From NCBI GenBank assembly GCA_016873355.1, contig VGXK01000001.1:1-38200 (forward strand): DNA of 38,200 nt. Direction: 5' to 3'. Positions 25,255 through 35,305 of this stretch are shown here, one piece after another. The stretch is from Phycisphaerae bacterium. GTDB taxonomy: Bacteria; Planctomycetota; Phycisphaerae; Phycisphaerales; SM1A02. The stretch's first letter is position 1. Each line of letters opens with the position of its first letter. A program made the position numbers and the translations under genes. Under the pieces are notes generated by a model that ran no database searches, was not told where the DNA came from, and worked only from the letters and a program-made list of their open reading frames with translations.

Positions 25255-27410
25255 ACCTGCTTCACCCCGGAATGGCGCTGGCCGCGCTCGCGGCCGTGAG
25301 CGTGCCGATCGTCATCCACCTGCTGCTCCGGCGGCGGCGGCGCGTGATCCAATGGGCGGCCATGGATCTGCTGAAGCGTGCGATGCAGCGAGACCGTCGT
25401 CGGCAGCGCGTCGAGCGCTGGCTGCTGCTCGCGGCGCGGTGTCTGCTCATCGCCATCGCGGGAATCGCGCTGGCGCAGCCGTTCGTGAAGTCGAGCGAGG
25501 CCTTCGGCGGCTCGGTGAGGACGGTGTGGCTCGTGATCGACGACGGCGTGGCGAGCGCGGAGCGCCTTCCCGACGGAAGCACGGCGCTCGAGCGGAGCAC
25601 GGCGGAGGGTCGGCGCATGCTCGAATCGCTCGGCGCCGCCGATCGCGTGGGCGTGATCTCCGCGGCGGCGCCGGTCCGACGGCTCGTCGACCCGCCGACC
25701 GCGGACAAGACGCGGCTCGATTCCCTGCTCTCGCAGATGTCGCCCGCCGACACCGGAAGCGATCTCTCCGCGGCGATTCGTTCCGCGGCGGAGGCGGCGC
25801 GGGAGTCGGAGGAGGCCGGCGAGATCGTGCTGCTCAGCGGATTCCGTCGCGGTTCGCTCGATCCATCGTCGATGGCGCCCTCGGTCGATGCGGAGGTGAA
25901 TGCCCGCTGGACGCTCTCGGCGCTCGAACCACTCTCGGGCTTCCCGTCGAACGCGTGGATGACGCGGGCGGAGGCGATCCGCACGGGCGAGGAGTCGGGA
26001 ATGGAAGGCGATCGCACGGTTCGCGTGCAGATCGAACGGCGGAGCGAGGCGCTTCCGCGAAGCGTTCGACGAGTCACCTCGGCGGGACCCGCGGCGGGCG
26101 CCGCCGACATCGCCCTGGACGCGGGCGAGCGCCGCGGCGGCGCCGATCTTCGGCTGCGGCGAGACGGCGCCGATGCGGAGGAATCGGGCGCCGCCTCGAT
26201 TTCGCTCGAGCTCGACCACGACGCCCAGCCGCGCGACGATCGACTCTTCGCGGTGCTTCCTTCCGAGCACCCGGCGCGGGTGGTCGTGCTCGATCGCCGC
26301 GGCGGTTCCGTGCGGGACCTCGAGCGCCTCGGCTCCGGCGTGTGGATGGCGCGAGCACTCGATCCCGGCAAGTCGGGCGCGCTCCAGGTGGACGAAGTCG
26401 ATCCGGGCTCGCTCGATCGCGCCATGCTCAAGGGCGCCGACGCGGCGATCGTGGCGAGACCCGATCTCGTGACCGCCGACGGATGGAAGATGCTGCGCGA
26501 GTTCGTCGCCGCCGGCGCCGCGCTGCTCGTGACGCCGTCGCCGGACGATTCCGGCCAGCGCTGGACGGAGTCGTTCCGAAGCTCGCTCGCGCCGTCGTGG
26601 ACGATCGATCCGGAAGTGGAGGGCGCGGTCACCGCGTGGCGGCTCGCGCCGCAGCAGCCCAGCTCGGCCACGCTGCGGCAGCTCGGCTCCGAGATTTCCG
26701 TGCTCGCGGCCCCGGTTTCGGTTTCGCGGCGGATCCGCATCGCCGCGCCGCCGACCGACGCGGAGGCGGCGCTCGTCTTCGACGACTCGACGCCGATGCT
26801 GCTCTGCGGTCGGCCGGGAGGCGCCTCGCGCGGATGGGTGGCGCTGCTCGCATGCGCCCCGGAGCTCTCGTGGACGGATCTGCCGGTTCGGCCGCTCATG
26901 GTCCCGCTGCTCCAGGAGGTCGTGCGACAGGGCCGGGCGCTCGCGACGATGGACGCGGGCAACCTCGTCGGCGCGCCGGCGTCGCTTCCGCGCGGCGCGG
27001 CGGCGCTCGAGATCGTTCCGCCCGCAGGTTCGGAGGGTGCGCCGCGAGGGACCGCGATCCTTCCCGCCGGCGCGGACGGGCGCACGCGCGATCCGGTGCT
27101 TGCGCCGGGACTTCACCGGGCGCTCGACGACTCGGGCCGCCCGATCGGCACCGTCGCCGTGAACGTCGATCCCGCCCGCGCGAGCATCGAGCCGAACGAT
27201 CCCGGCGCGGTTCTGGCGTGGCTCGAGCGAAGCGGATCGTGGCGCTGGCGCGGCGACGGATCGACCGAAGGAGAGGGCGCCTCCGCGAGCGCCGATGCCG
27301 AGGCGTCCTGGAGCATCTGGCTGCTCGGCGCGGCGGTCGCGCTCGCGCTGCTCGAGACGATCATGGCGCGGCTGCTGAGCCGAAGCGACGCGACGGAGCG
27401 CGGCGCATGA
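25251..27410 (+). CDS. BatA_N-type double-transmembrane protein with a degenerate vWA-like region (719 aa)
   Basis: ATGA overlap with the DUF58 stop. N-terminus MNLLHPGMALAALAAVSVPIVIHLLLRRRRR matches the aerotolerance-regulator N-terminal double-TM pattern. VWLVIDDGVAS lacks an intact DxSxS. A C-terminal TM span is present. Confidence 0.8.
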   Translation: MNLLHPGMALAALAAVSVPIVIHLLLRRRRRVIQWAAMDLLKRAMQRDRRRQRVERWLLLAARCLLIAIAGIALAQPFVKSSEAFGGSVRTVWLVIDDGVASAERLPDGSTALERSTAEGRRMLESLGAADRVGVISAAAPVRRLVDPPTADKTRLDSLLSQMSPADTGSDLSAAIRSAAEAARESEEAGEIVLLSGFRRGSLDPSSMAPSVDAEVNARWTLSALEPLSGFPSNAWMTRAEAIRTGEESGMEGDRTVRVQIERRSEALPRSVRRVTSAGPAAGAADIALDAGERRGGADLRLRRDGADAEESGAASISLELDHDAQPRDDRLFAVLPSEHPARVVVLDRRGGSVRDLERLGSGVWMARALDPGKSGALQVDEVDPGSLDRAMLKGADAAIVARPDLVTADGWKMLREFVAAGAALLVTPSPDDSGQRWTESFRSSLAPSWTIDPEVEGAVTAWRLAPQQPSSATLRQLGSEISVLAAPVSVSRRIRIAAPPTDAEAALVFDDSTPMLLCGRPGGASRGWVALLACAPELSWTDLPVRPLMVPLLQEVVRQGRALATMDAGNLVGAPASLPRGAAALEIVPPAGSEGAPRGTAILPAGADGRTRDPVLAPGLHRALDDSGRPIGTVAVNVDPARASIEPNDPGAVLAWLERSGSWRWRGDGSTEGEGASASADAEASWSIWLLGAAVALALLETIMARLLSRSDATERGA

Positions 27411-29725
27411 ACTGGATCGAGTCGACCGTCGCGTGGCTGCTGCGGCTTCCGAGCGATCACGCCGCGGGATCCTGGCGCTTCGGATTCGAGCGGCCGATTC
27501 CCGGCTGGGCATGGCTGCTCGCGGCGGTCGCCGCGGTGCTCGTCGGCGCGTGGTCGGTTCGAGCGTCGACGCTTCCGCGCGGTCGCCGATCGCTCATCGC
27601 GGCGCTTCGAGCGCTGCTGCTTCTGCTGCTGGCGCTGCTGCTCACGGGGCCGATGCTCACGCTTCCGCGCGAGCGCGTGGAGCCGGACTGGGTGCTCGTG
27701 GTGGCCGATCGCAGCGCGTCGTTGCGCGTGGGGGACGTGGAGCTCGACGGCGCGATGATCTCGCGCGACGCGCAGCTCGAGCGAGCCGTTCGAGGAAGTG
27801 CGGCGGTCTGGAAGGAACTCGATGCGACGCGTCGCGTCGTCTTCCTCGGATTCGACGCGGGGCTGCGGGAACTCGAGATCGACGAGCAGGGTCTGCCGAC
27901 GCTCGGCGCCGCCGACGGCATGGCCACGGAGATCGGGCCCGCGATCTCGGCGGCGCTCGATCGCGCGGCGGCGAGGCCGGTGGCCGGCGTCGTGCTGCTT
28001 TCCGACGGCCGCACGACCGTGCCGCCCGAGCGCGGATTGCTGCGCCGACTCTCGGCCGAAGGCGTGCGCGTGCACGTGGTGCCGCTCGGCGCCGACGCTC
28101 CGAGCGGGGATCACGCCATCCGCGCGATCGAAGCGCCGCAGCGCGCGTTCGTGCGCGACGAAGTGCCGATCGAGGTGGACCTCGATCGATCGCCGGGCGT
28201 CGGCGGCGCGCTGCGCGTGAAGCTCGTGGACGAGCAGAGCGGGCGACTGCTCGACGCGGCGGAGTTCGACGACGCCGAGACCGGCCGTCGCACGGTCACG
28301 CTCATCGGCCGGGCCGACGATCCGGGCGAGCGCTCGTGGCGCGTCGAGATCGAGCCGCAAGGGCGCGATCTCGTCGCCGACAACAACTCGAAGTCGTTGC
28401 GAATCGAGATCGTCGATCGACCGATCCGCGTGCTGTTCGTCGAGGGATATCCGCGCTGGGAGTACCGCTACCTGAAGAACCTGCTCGTGCGCGAGCACGG
28501 CATCGAGAGCTCGGTGATGCTGCTGTCGGCCGATCGCGACTTCGCCCAGGAAGGCAACGCGCCGCTCACGCGATTGCCGCGCACGAAGGAGGAATTCGCC
28601 GGATACGACCTGATCGTGATCGGCGACGTTCCCGCGGGGGCGTTCTCGTCGGCGCAGATGGAGGCGATCAAGGATCTCGTCTCCACGCGCGGCGCGGGCG
28701 TGCTCTGGATCGGCGGCGCGCGGCAGATGCCGCGGAGCTGGAAGGGGTCGGCGCTCGAGGAGCTGCTTCCGATCAAGGGATCGCTCGAGCTCGAGCGCTT
28801 CGACGAATCGGTGACGATGCGCCCGACGCCGCGCGCGCTGCGGCTCGGCCTCATGCGCGTGGAGGGGGCGCCGACGCCCGGATGGCCCGAGGCGCTCTCG
28901 TCGCCCGACACCGGGTGGTCGCGACTCGAGTGGGCGCAGCGGCTCGAGCCCGGAGATCTGAAGCCGACCGCGGAAGTGATCGCGGAGACGGCCTCGGGCG
29001 ACGGCGGCCGCGCGTCGCCGCTGCTCGTGTCGATGCGCTACGGCGCGGGGCAATCGATGTACCTGGCCACCGACGAGACCTGGCGCTGGCGCTACGGCCG
29101 CGGCGAGACGCTTCCCGAGCGCTTCTGGCTTCAGTTGCTGCGATCGCTTTCGCGGAGCGGCATGCACGGAAGCGATCGTCCGGTCGAGATCGTCGTGGAG
29201 CCGCGCCGCGCCGAGATCGGCGATCCCGTTCGCGTCGAAGTCGAGTTCCGCGATCCCGAGGCGATTCGCCCGGCGCCGTCTCGATTGCAGGCGAGCGTGT
29301 CGATCTCGCGCGAGCGAAGCGCGGCACCCGAGGATGCGGGCGTGGTCGAATTGACCCAGGTCGAGGGGATTCCCGGTCGATGGGTCGGCACGTTCTTCCC
29401 GGACCGAAGCGGAATGCACGCGATCTCGCTCCAGGGCCACGCGGGCGTCACGGCCGAGCTCGAAGTGGCCCGCACCGACCAGGAATCCGCGAATCCCCAG
29501 GCGGATCACGCATTGCTTTCGCACATTGCCGAGCAGACGCAGGGCGAGGTGATCGAGCCCGATTCGCTCCATCGGCTGCTGCGAGGCGACGTGCTGCCCA
29601 ACCGGGCCGTGACGATCGAGAACCCGCGGATCCATTCGCTCTGGGACACGCCGCTCGCCCTGATCCTGTTGATCCTCGTTCCAGCGGTCGAATGGAGTGT
29701 CCGACGATGGTCGAGGCTAGCCTGA
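27407..29725 (+). CDS. Double-TM vWA protein (intact DxSxS) with a C-terminal glutamine-amidotransferase-like region (772 aa)
   Basis: ATGA overlap with the previous stop. Two N-terminal TM spans, then WVLVVADRSASLRV (MIDAS). Later come RVLFVEGYPRWEYRYLKNLL ... DLIVIGDV ... GAGVLWIGG, then a C-terminal TM span LALILLILVPAVEW. The GATase-like call is tentative. Confidence 0.75.
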   Translation: MNWIESTVAWLLRLPSDHAAGSWRFGFERPIPGWAWLLAAVAAVLVGAWSVRASTLPRGRRSLIAALRALLLLLLALLLTGPMLTLPRERVEPDWVLVVADRSASLRVGDVELDGAMISRDAQLERAVRGSAAVWKELDATRRVVFLGFDAGLRELEIDEQGLPTLGAADGMATEIGPAISAALDRAAARPVAGVVLLSDGRTTVPPERGLLRRLSAEGVRVHVVPLGADAPSGDHAIRAIEAPQRAFVRDEVPIEVDLDRSPGVGGALRVKLVDEQSGRLLDAAEFDDAETGRRTVTLIGRADDPGERSWRVEIEPQGRDLVADNNSKSLRIEIVDRPIRVLFVEGYPRWEYRYLKNLLVREHGIESSVMLLSADRDFAQEGNAPLTRLPRTKEEFAGYDLIVIGDVPAGAFSSAQMEAIKDLVSTRGAGVLWIGGARQMPRSWKGSALEELLPIKGSLELERFDESVTMRPTPRALRLGLMRVEGAPTPGWPEALSSPDTGWSRLEWAQRLEPGDLKPTAEVIAETASGDGGRASPLLVSMRYGAGQSMYLATDETWRWRYGRGETLPERFWLQLLRSLSRSGMHGSDRPVEIVVEPRRAEIGDPVRVEVEFRDPEAIRPAPSRLQASVSISRERSAAPEDAGVVELTQVEGIPGRWVGTFFPDRSGMHAISLQGHAGVTAELEVARTDQESANPQADHALLSHIAEQTQGEVIEPDSLHRLLRGDVLPNRAVTIENPRIHSLWDTPLALILLILVPAVEWSVRRWSRLA

Positions 29726-29791
29726 TGCGGTTCGACGGCGGCGCCGCAGCGTCGGCAATCGCCGACTCGAAGCGTCGGTAAGAGGAGGTCC

Positions 29792-32700
29792 ATGCCGGCG
29801 ATGACGAGCATCGTGGAACGCCTGGAGCGCCTGCGGCGCCGTGCGCGCCTGGTGCTCCTGAGCGAGCGAAGCGCGGTGCTGCTCGCCGTGGCGATCGGCG
29901 CCGCGATGGGCTGGGTCGCCCTCGACGCCCTGCTTCGATTCCCCGCCACGCTGCGCTTCGTGGCGCTCGTGGTCGGCGTGATCGCGATCGCGTCGGCGAT
30001 CGCGCGATGGTGGTGGCCGGCGGCACGGTTCCGACCGTCGCTTCCGACGCTCGCGCTGCGGGTGGAGCGGCAGCGGCCGGACCTTGCGGGGCGGCTCGCC
30101 TCCGGCGTCGAGTTCGCGCAGCGTCCGGCGCCGGGCGTGCTCGAGAAGCGAGTCGTCGAATCGACGGAGCGGCTGGCCGGCGACGATCCGTTCACCGGCG
30201 TGATCCGCCGCGATCGATTGCGCCGCGCCCTTGTCGGCTGCGGCGCGGCGCTCGTGGCCGTGGCGGCGATCGCGGCCTTCCAACCGGAGTTCGCCGCGAT
30301 CGGCGCGAAGCGCCTGTTCGCGCCATGGAGCAGCGCGGAATGGCCCGCGCGGACGCTCGTGCAGTCGCTCATGGAAGGCGTCACGCATCTGCCGCGCGGT
30401 CGCGCGGTGCTGCTCCGCGCGGAGGCGGTGCGAGGGGATCCGGCGTCGATGCGCCCGTTCGTGCGCTATCGAACGACGCGGCAGGGCGTGGCGGGTCCGT
30501 GGCGGGACGCGGCGCTGGCGCGGCAGCACGGCGAGGTCTTCGAGCGACCGCTCGAGGTCGACGCCGATTCGATCGAGTTCCGCTTCGGCACGAGCGACGC
30601 GATGACCGACGCCGCGACGATCCACTTCGTGCGTCCGCCGGCGATCGAGCGAGCCACGCTGCGCGCCGAGCCGCCGGCGTACGCGTCCGCGGTGCAGGCG
30701 CCGAGCGAGACGGAGCTCGGCCCGGGAACGGACGCCCGCGCCACGCTCGCGGCGCCGCTGCTCGCCGGAAGCCGCGTGGAGCTCGACTTCGCGTTCAATC
30801 GCGAACTGCCGGTGCCTCGGCCGGACGACGACTCGCGCCGCGAGTGGCTGCGCCGCACGTTCGGCGGCGACCTGCCGGAGTCGACGCAGGTGGAGGCGCC
30901 GAACGCCCTGAGCGACCGCGTCACGCTGCGATTCGAGGCGAGCGACGATCTCGACCTTCCGATCGAGCTGCGCGACGAGCACGGAATCGTGGGCGACGAC
31001 GGTGCGCGATATCGGCTCGCGGTGTCGCCCGATCGTCCGCCCGCGGCGTCGATCACGGATCCCGCCGCGGACGAGATCGTGCTGCCGAGCGCGGCGCTCG
31101 CGGTGACGGCGGAGGCGAGGGACGACCTTTCGATCGACGAGATCGGCGTGCGCGTCGAGAAGGTCGGCGGCGAGGTGCGCGACACGATGGAGCGCCGGCG
31201 CGGCGAGAGCGCTCGCCTGTCGACCACCGTGACGCCGGAGCAGTTCGGCGCGGGGCCGGGCGACACGCTGCTCGTGTCCGCGATCGCCACCGACGACTTC
31301 GAGCAGGACGGCGTGCGCCGCGAGCCCACGATCTCGCCGCCGCGCCGGATCCGCGTGGTGAGCGAGGAGGAATTCACGCGGCAGATCCGGACGCAACTGG
31401 CGGCGATCCGCCATTCGGCGATCCGCGCGGAGGCGACGCAGCGCGAGATCATCGCGTCGACGGCGCCGAGCGAGCCGGCGGAGCCGGGCGAGCAGACGGA
31501 TCCGAACGCGGCGGCCGACGGCGACGGCGCGAACGCCGACCCCGATCGAGCGAACGCCGACGCGACCGCGCCGAAGCCGAGCGCCGAGGAGCTCGCGCGA
31601 CGGCAGGCGCGGGTCTCCGATCGCATCCAGGGAATGTCGGCCGCGATCGAGTCGCTCCAGTCCCGCGCCCGCGCGGGCGGACTCGAGCGCGACGCGATGA
31701 ACGAGATCCTGCGGCAATCGCAGGACCTGCTCGAAAACGCCGCGAGCCGGTCGGCGCAGGCGTCCACGCAACTCGCGGAGCGGGGCACCACGCCCGAGGC
31801 GGCCGAGTCCCAGGAAGCGGTCCGGGCCGAGCTCGAGGATCTCGTGCGCCTGCTCGATCGCGACGAGGACGCGTGGGTGGCCACGCGCCGCATCGAGCGA
31901 TTGCGAGAACAGATCGAGGGGCTGCTCGAGGAGACGCGTCGAACCGGCGAGCGCACCGTCGGCCGCGATCTCGAGCGCCTGTCGGCCGAGGAGCGCGTGG
32001 CGATCGATCGGCTCGCGTCGCGCGATCGCTCGGTGGCCGACGAGGCTCGCGAGACGATGGAGGAGCTGCGCGACCGCGCCGCCCGCCTGGCGGAGGCGGA
32101 TCGAGCCCGCGCGGCCGGCATGCAGGAGGCGGCGCGACGCGGCGAGGAGCGGCAGATCGCGCGGCGCGTGGAGCAGGCGGCCGAGGCGACGGCGCTCAAT
32201 CAGCCGACGAATGCGGAGCAGGCGCTGCGCGAGGCCGCCGAGACCGCGCAGAGCATGATGGACGCGATTCGAGACGATCGCCGCTCGCGCGTGGAGGAAT
32301 TGCGGCGTCGGCTTGCGGGTCTCGAGCAGAGCATCCAGGGGCTCGTGACGCAGGCGCAGACGGCGCTGTCGGCGCTGCGGGAGGCGGCGCCGACCGCGTC
32401 GGCGGCGTCGGACCTTGCACCGGTCAGCGAGGGCGTCGTGTCGCTCGATCGCAACATCGGCGCCGTGACGGACGAGGCGAGATCGGGCGGCGGCACGGAA
32501 CGGGTCGCCCGCGTGCTCGAGCGGGCGGGCGAGCGAAGCGCCGCGAGCGCCGGGCTGCTTCGCGCGGATCCGCCGCGCGTGCCCGAGGGGGACGAGGCCC
32601 TCGATCGCTCGCGGGGATTGCTCGTCGATGCGCTCGAAGCCGTGCGCGAGCAGCGGCGGAACACCGAGCAGCAGCAGGCGGACGCGAAGCGCCGCGAACT

Positions 32701-33364
32701 TGCGGCCGCGCTTCGAACGCTCTCGGAGCGCCAGGCGGGACTGCGGACCGCGAGCGAGCCGCTCGAGGGAGCGAAGTCCGCCGATCGACGACGGCTCGTC
32801 GAGGGTCGACGACTCTCGGTCGAGCAGTCGCTCATCCGGACCGCCGTGAACAATCTCAAGAGCGAGAACGAGGAGCTGGCGTCGAGCGATCTGTTCGTCT
32901 CGGCGCTGGCCAGGCTCGATGGCTGGATGGTCCGAAGCGAGTCGTCGCTGTCGTCGCTCTCGGTGACGAAGTGGACGCTCGAGGAGCAGTCGCTTTCCGC
33001 GGAAACGCTCGCGATGATGGGGCAGGCGCTCGCGGATGCGTCGGCATCCGACGATCCGTTCGCGGAAGCCGCGGGCGCGGCCGCGGGAGGCGCCGAAGCG
33101 GGCGGCGAAGGCGCGCAGGCGGGTCGTCGACCGCCGGCGATTCCGCCGGTGGCGGAACTCAAGCTCCTGCGCGAGTCGCAGGCGCAGCTTGCGCGTCGAA
33201 CCCGCATGGCCGACGAGGGAGGATTGACCGCGGCCGAGCGCCAGACGAGGCTGCGCGAACTCACGCAGCTTCAGCAGGAACTGCTCGACCAGGGCGAGGC
33301 CTGGATGGAGCGCATGCGGCAGATGTCGCCCGGCGGCACAGCGGAGGGCGCCGATGCGAAGTGA
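29792..33364 (+). CDS. 1190-aa membrane protein: three N-terminal TM spans, a beta-rich middle and a long Glu/Arg/Ala-rich coiled-coil C-terminal half (DUF4175-like)
   Basis: AAGAGGAGG lies before the ATG. TM spans are AVLLAVAIGAAMGWVALDALL, FVALVVGVIAIASAIARWWW and ALVGCGAALVAVAAIAAF. From about residue 560 onward it reads as continuous heptad-like helical sequence. The DUF4175 family assignment is from memory and tentative. Confidence 0.7.
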   Translation: MPAMTSIVERLERLRRRARLVLLSERSAVLLAVAIGAAMGWVALDALLRFPATLRFVALVVGVIAIASAIARWWWPAARFRPSLPTLALRVERQRPDLAGRLASGVEFAQRPAPGVLEKRVVESTERLAGDDPFTGVIRRDRLRRALVGCGAALVAVAAIAAFQPEFAAIGAKRLFAPWSSAEWPARTLVQSLMEGVTHLPRGRAVLLRAEAVRGDPASMRPFVRYRTTRQGVAGPWRDAALARQHGEVFERPLEVDADSIEFRFGTSDAMTDAATIHFVRPPAIERATLRAEPPAYASAVQAPSETELGPGTDARATLAAPLLAGSRVELDFAFNRELPVPRPDDDSRREWLRRTFGGDLPESTQVEAPNALSDRVTLRFEASDDLDLPIELRDEHGIVGDDGARYRLAVSPDRPPAASITDPAADEIVLPSAALAVTAEARDDLSIDEIGVRVEKVGGEVRDTMERRRGESARLSTTVTPEQFGAGPGDTLLVSAIATDDFEQDGVRREPTISPPRRIRVVSEEEFTRQIRTQLAAIRHSAIRAEATQREIIASTAPSEPAEPGEQTDPNAAADGDGANADPDRANADATAPKPSAEELARRQARVSDRIQGMSAAIESLQSRARAGGLERDAMNEILRQSQDLLENAASRSAQASTQLAERGTTPEAAESQEAVRAELEDLVRLLDRDEDAWVATRRIERLREQIEGLLEETRRTGERTVGRDLERLSAEERVAIDRLASRDRSVADEARETMEELRDRAARLAEADRARAAGMQEAARRGEERQIARRVEQAAEATALNQPTNAEQALREAAETAQSMMDAIRDDRRSRVEELRRRLAGLEQSIQGLVTQAQTALSALREAAPTASAASDLAPVSEGVVSLDRNIGAVTDEARSGGGTERVARVLERAGERSAASAGLLRADPPRVPEGDEALDRSRGLLVDALEAVREQRRNTEQQQADAKRRELAAALRTLSERQAGLRTASEPLEGAKSADRRRLVEGRRLSVEQSLIRTAVNNLKSENEELASSDLFVSALARLDGWMVRSESSLSSLSVTKWTLEEQSLSAETLAMMGQALADASASDDPFAEAAGAAAGGAEAGGEGAQAGRRPPAIPPVAELKLLRESQAQLARRTRMADEGGLTAAERQTRLRELTQLQQELLDQGEAWMERMRQMSPGGTAEGADAK

Positions 33365-33380
33365 TCGACGACGATGCGGG

Positions 33381-34148
33381 ATGACGACGACGGCGATTTC
33401 GCTCTGCCTCTGTGTGCTGTCGTTCGCGACCCCGCCGGCGCCCGCGCCGGCGCCGCCGCCGTCCGAATCGCCGCCGCCCGCCGCGCCCGCGCCCCCTCCG
33501 ACGCTCGACGACCTGCTCGGCTTGACGCCTCGAGCGGACGGCTCGACACCGCGCGGCGACGCCGATGCGCCGGCCCCCGGCGACGGCGAGCGCGGCGCGA
33601 CCCCGGGCGACGGCGCCCGCGCCCGCCTCGATCGCACGCTTCGCGAGGAGGAGCTCGAGGACGCCTTCGCGCAGGCGGTCGAGCTCATGCGCGAATCCGC
33701 CGATCGCCTCGGCGCCCGTGCCGACCTGGGCATCGACACGCAGCGCGTGCAGGAGGACGCGGTGCGACGACTCGATTCGATCATCGATGCGGCCAAGCGG
33801 ATGCGCCAACAGCAGCAATCGCAGCGATCGTCGTCGCGGAACCGCCAGGACTCGTCGTCGCAGCAGCCGCAGGGCGGCGAGCAGGAGATGCAGGCCGCGG
33901 CGCGTCGAGAAGCAAACGCGGCGCAGCGACGGGAACAGCGCGGTTCGCAGCAGGGCCAGGCGGAGCCTCCCGGACTCGAGGAAGGCGAGCTCGACGAGAC
34001 GATGCACGAGGGTCGCGTCGAGTGGGGATCGCTGCCCGAGCGCATTCGCGAGCTCGTGCAGCAGGGCCGGCGCGATCGCGTCTCCACGCTCTACCTGCGA
34101 TTGACGGGCGAGTACTACCGGCGCATGGCGGAGGAGGCGTCGCGGTGA
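33381..34148 (+). CDS. Hypothetical secreted protein (255 aa): signal peptide, Pro/Ala linker, Gln/Arg-rich region
   Basis: Begins MTTTAISLCLCVLSFATPPAPAPAPPP and ends LYLRLTGEYYRRMAEEASR. It starts 16 nt after the previous stop, and its stop overlaps the next start (GTGA). Confidence 0.6.
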   Translation: MTTTAISLCLCVLSFATPPAPAPAPPPSESPPPAAPAPPPTLDDLLGLTPRADGSTPRGDADAPAPGDGERGATPGDGARARLDRTLREEELEDAFAQAVELMRESADRLGARADLGIDTQRVQEDAVRRLDSIIDAAKRMRQQQQSQRSSSRNRQDSSSQQPQGGEQEMQAAARREANAAQRREQRGSQQGQAEPPGLEEGELDETMHEGRVEWGSLPERIRELVQQGRRDRVSTLYLRLTGEYYRRMAEEASR

Positions 34149-35305
34149 AGTCGATCGCCATCGTCGCGATCGCCGGCGCGCTGTTCGCCGCGCCGCCGAC
34201 GCCGAATCGCGCGCCGCCCGCCGAACCAAGCTCCCCTCCGTCGTCGTCGCCGCCGAGCGATTCGGAACCCGCACCCGTCGTTCCGCCGCGCGGCGAGCCC
34301 GATCCCGCGATCGAACCGCCCGATCCTGCGCCGCCGAAGCCGACGGCACAGAACAATCCGACCCGCGACGAGATCACGCCCGAGATGGAGCAGTCGATCG
34401 ATCGCGGACTCCGCTACCTCGCGTCGATCCAGAACGCCGATGGAACGTTCGGTCGCAATCGCTACTCCAAGAACGTGGCGATCACGGCGCTGGCGGGACT
34501 CGCGTTCATGGCCGACGGCAACCTGCCCGATCGCGGGCGCTACGGCGAGGTCGTGCGCCGCGCGCTCGACTTCGTGATCGCGGCGAGCACGGAGACGGGC
34601 CTGCTCGTGGCGGAGGGTTCGCACGGACCCATGTACGGCCACGGATTCGCGGCCCTCTTCCTCGGCGAGATCTACGGCATGAATCCGCAGGACGATCGCG
34701 TGCGCGACGCGCTCGTGCGAGCCGTGCAGCTCATCCAGAACAGCCAGAACCAGGAGGGCGGCTGGCGCTACAACCCGGTGCCGAACGACGCCGACGTGAG
34801 CGTCACCATCTGCGAGATCATGGCGCTTCGAAGTGCGCGGAACGCCGGCATCAAGGTGGAGCGCGACACGATCGACCGCGCGGTGCAGTACGTGCGCGAC
34901 TGCCAGAATCCCGACGGCGGCTTCCGCTACATGATCAGCGCCGGTCCAAGCGCCTGGCCCCGCAGCGCCGCGGGCGTGGCGAGCCTCTATTACGCCGGCA
35001 TCTACCAGGACGACGCGATCGACCGAGGACTCGAGTACCTGGTTCGCAACGCCTTCCCCGACGGCTCGGGCCCCGGATCGCAGACGCACTACTTCTACGG
35101 CCACTATTACGCGGTGCAGGCGATGTACCTGGCCGGCGGCGACCGATGGCGGCGCTGGTGGCCGGCGATCCGCGACGAGCTCGTGACGAAGCAGGACGAG
35201 ATGGGCGCCTGGTCGGACTACCAGTTCGGCCAGGCGTACTCGACCTCGATGTCGCTCATCATCCTTCAGATGCCGAAGCGATACCTGCCGATCTTCCAGA
35301 AATGA
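34145..35305 (+). CDS. Secreted prenyltransferase/squalene-oxidase-repeat (alpha/alpha-toroid, terpene-cyclase-like) protein (386 aa)
   Basis: GTG 34145 overlaps the previous TGA. Signal peptide and Pro-rich linker are followed by repeated motifs IQNADGTFG, SQNQEGGWRY and CQNPDGGFRY with intervening helical segments. Confidence 0.8.
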   Translation: MKSIAIVAIAGALFAAPPTPNRAPPAEPSSPPSSSPPSDSEPAPVVPPRGEPDPAIEPPDPAPPKPTAQNNPTRDEITPEMEQSIDRGLRYLASIQNADGTFGRNRYSKNVAITALAGLAFMADGNLPDRGRYGEVVRRALDFVIAASTETGLLVAEGSHGPMYGHGFAALFLGEIYGMNPQDDRVRDALVRAVQLIQNSQNQEGGWRYNPVPNDADVSVTICEIMALRSARNAGIKVERDTIDRAVQYVRDCQNPDGGFRYMISAGPSAWPRSAAGVASLYYAGIYQDDAIDRGLEYLVRNAFPDGSGPGSQTHYFYGHYYAVQAMYLAGGDRWRRWWPAIRDELVTKQDEMGAWSDYQFGQAYSTSMSLIILQMPKRYLPIFQK

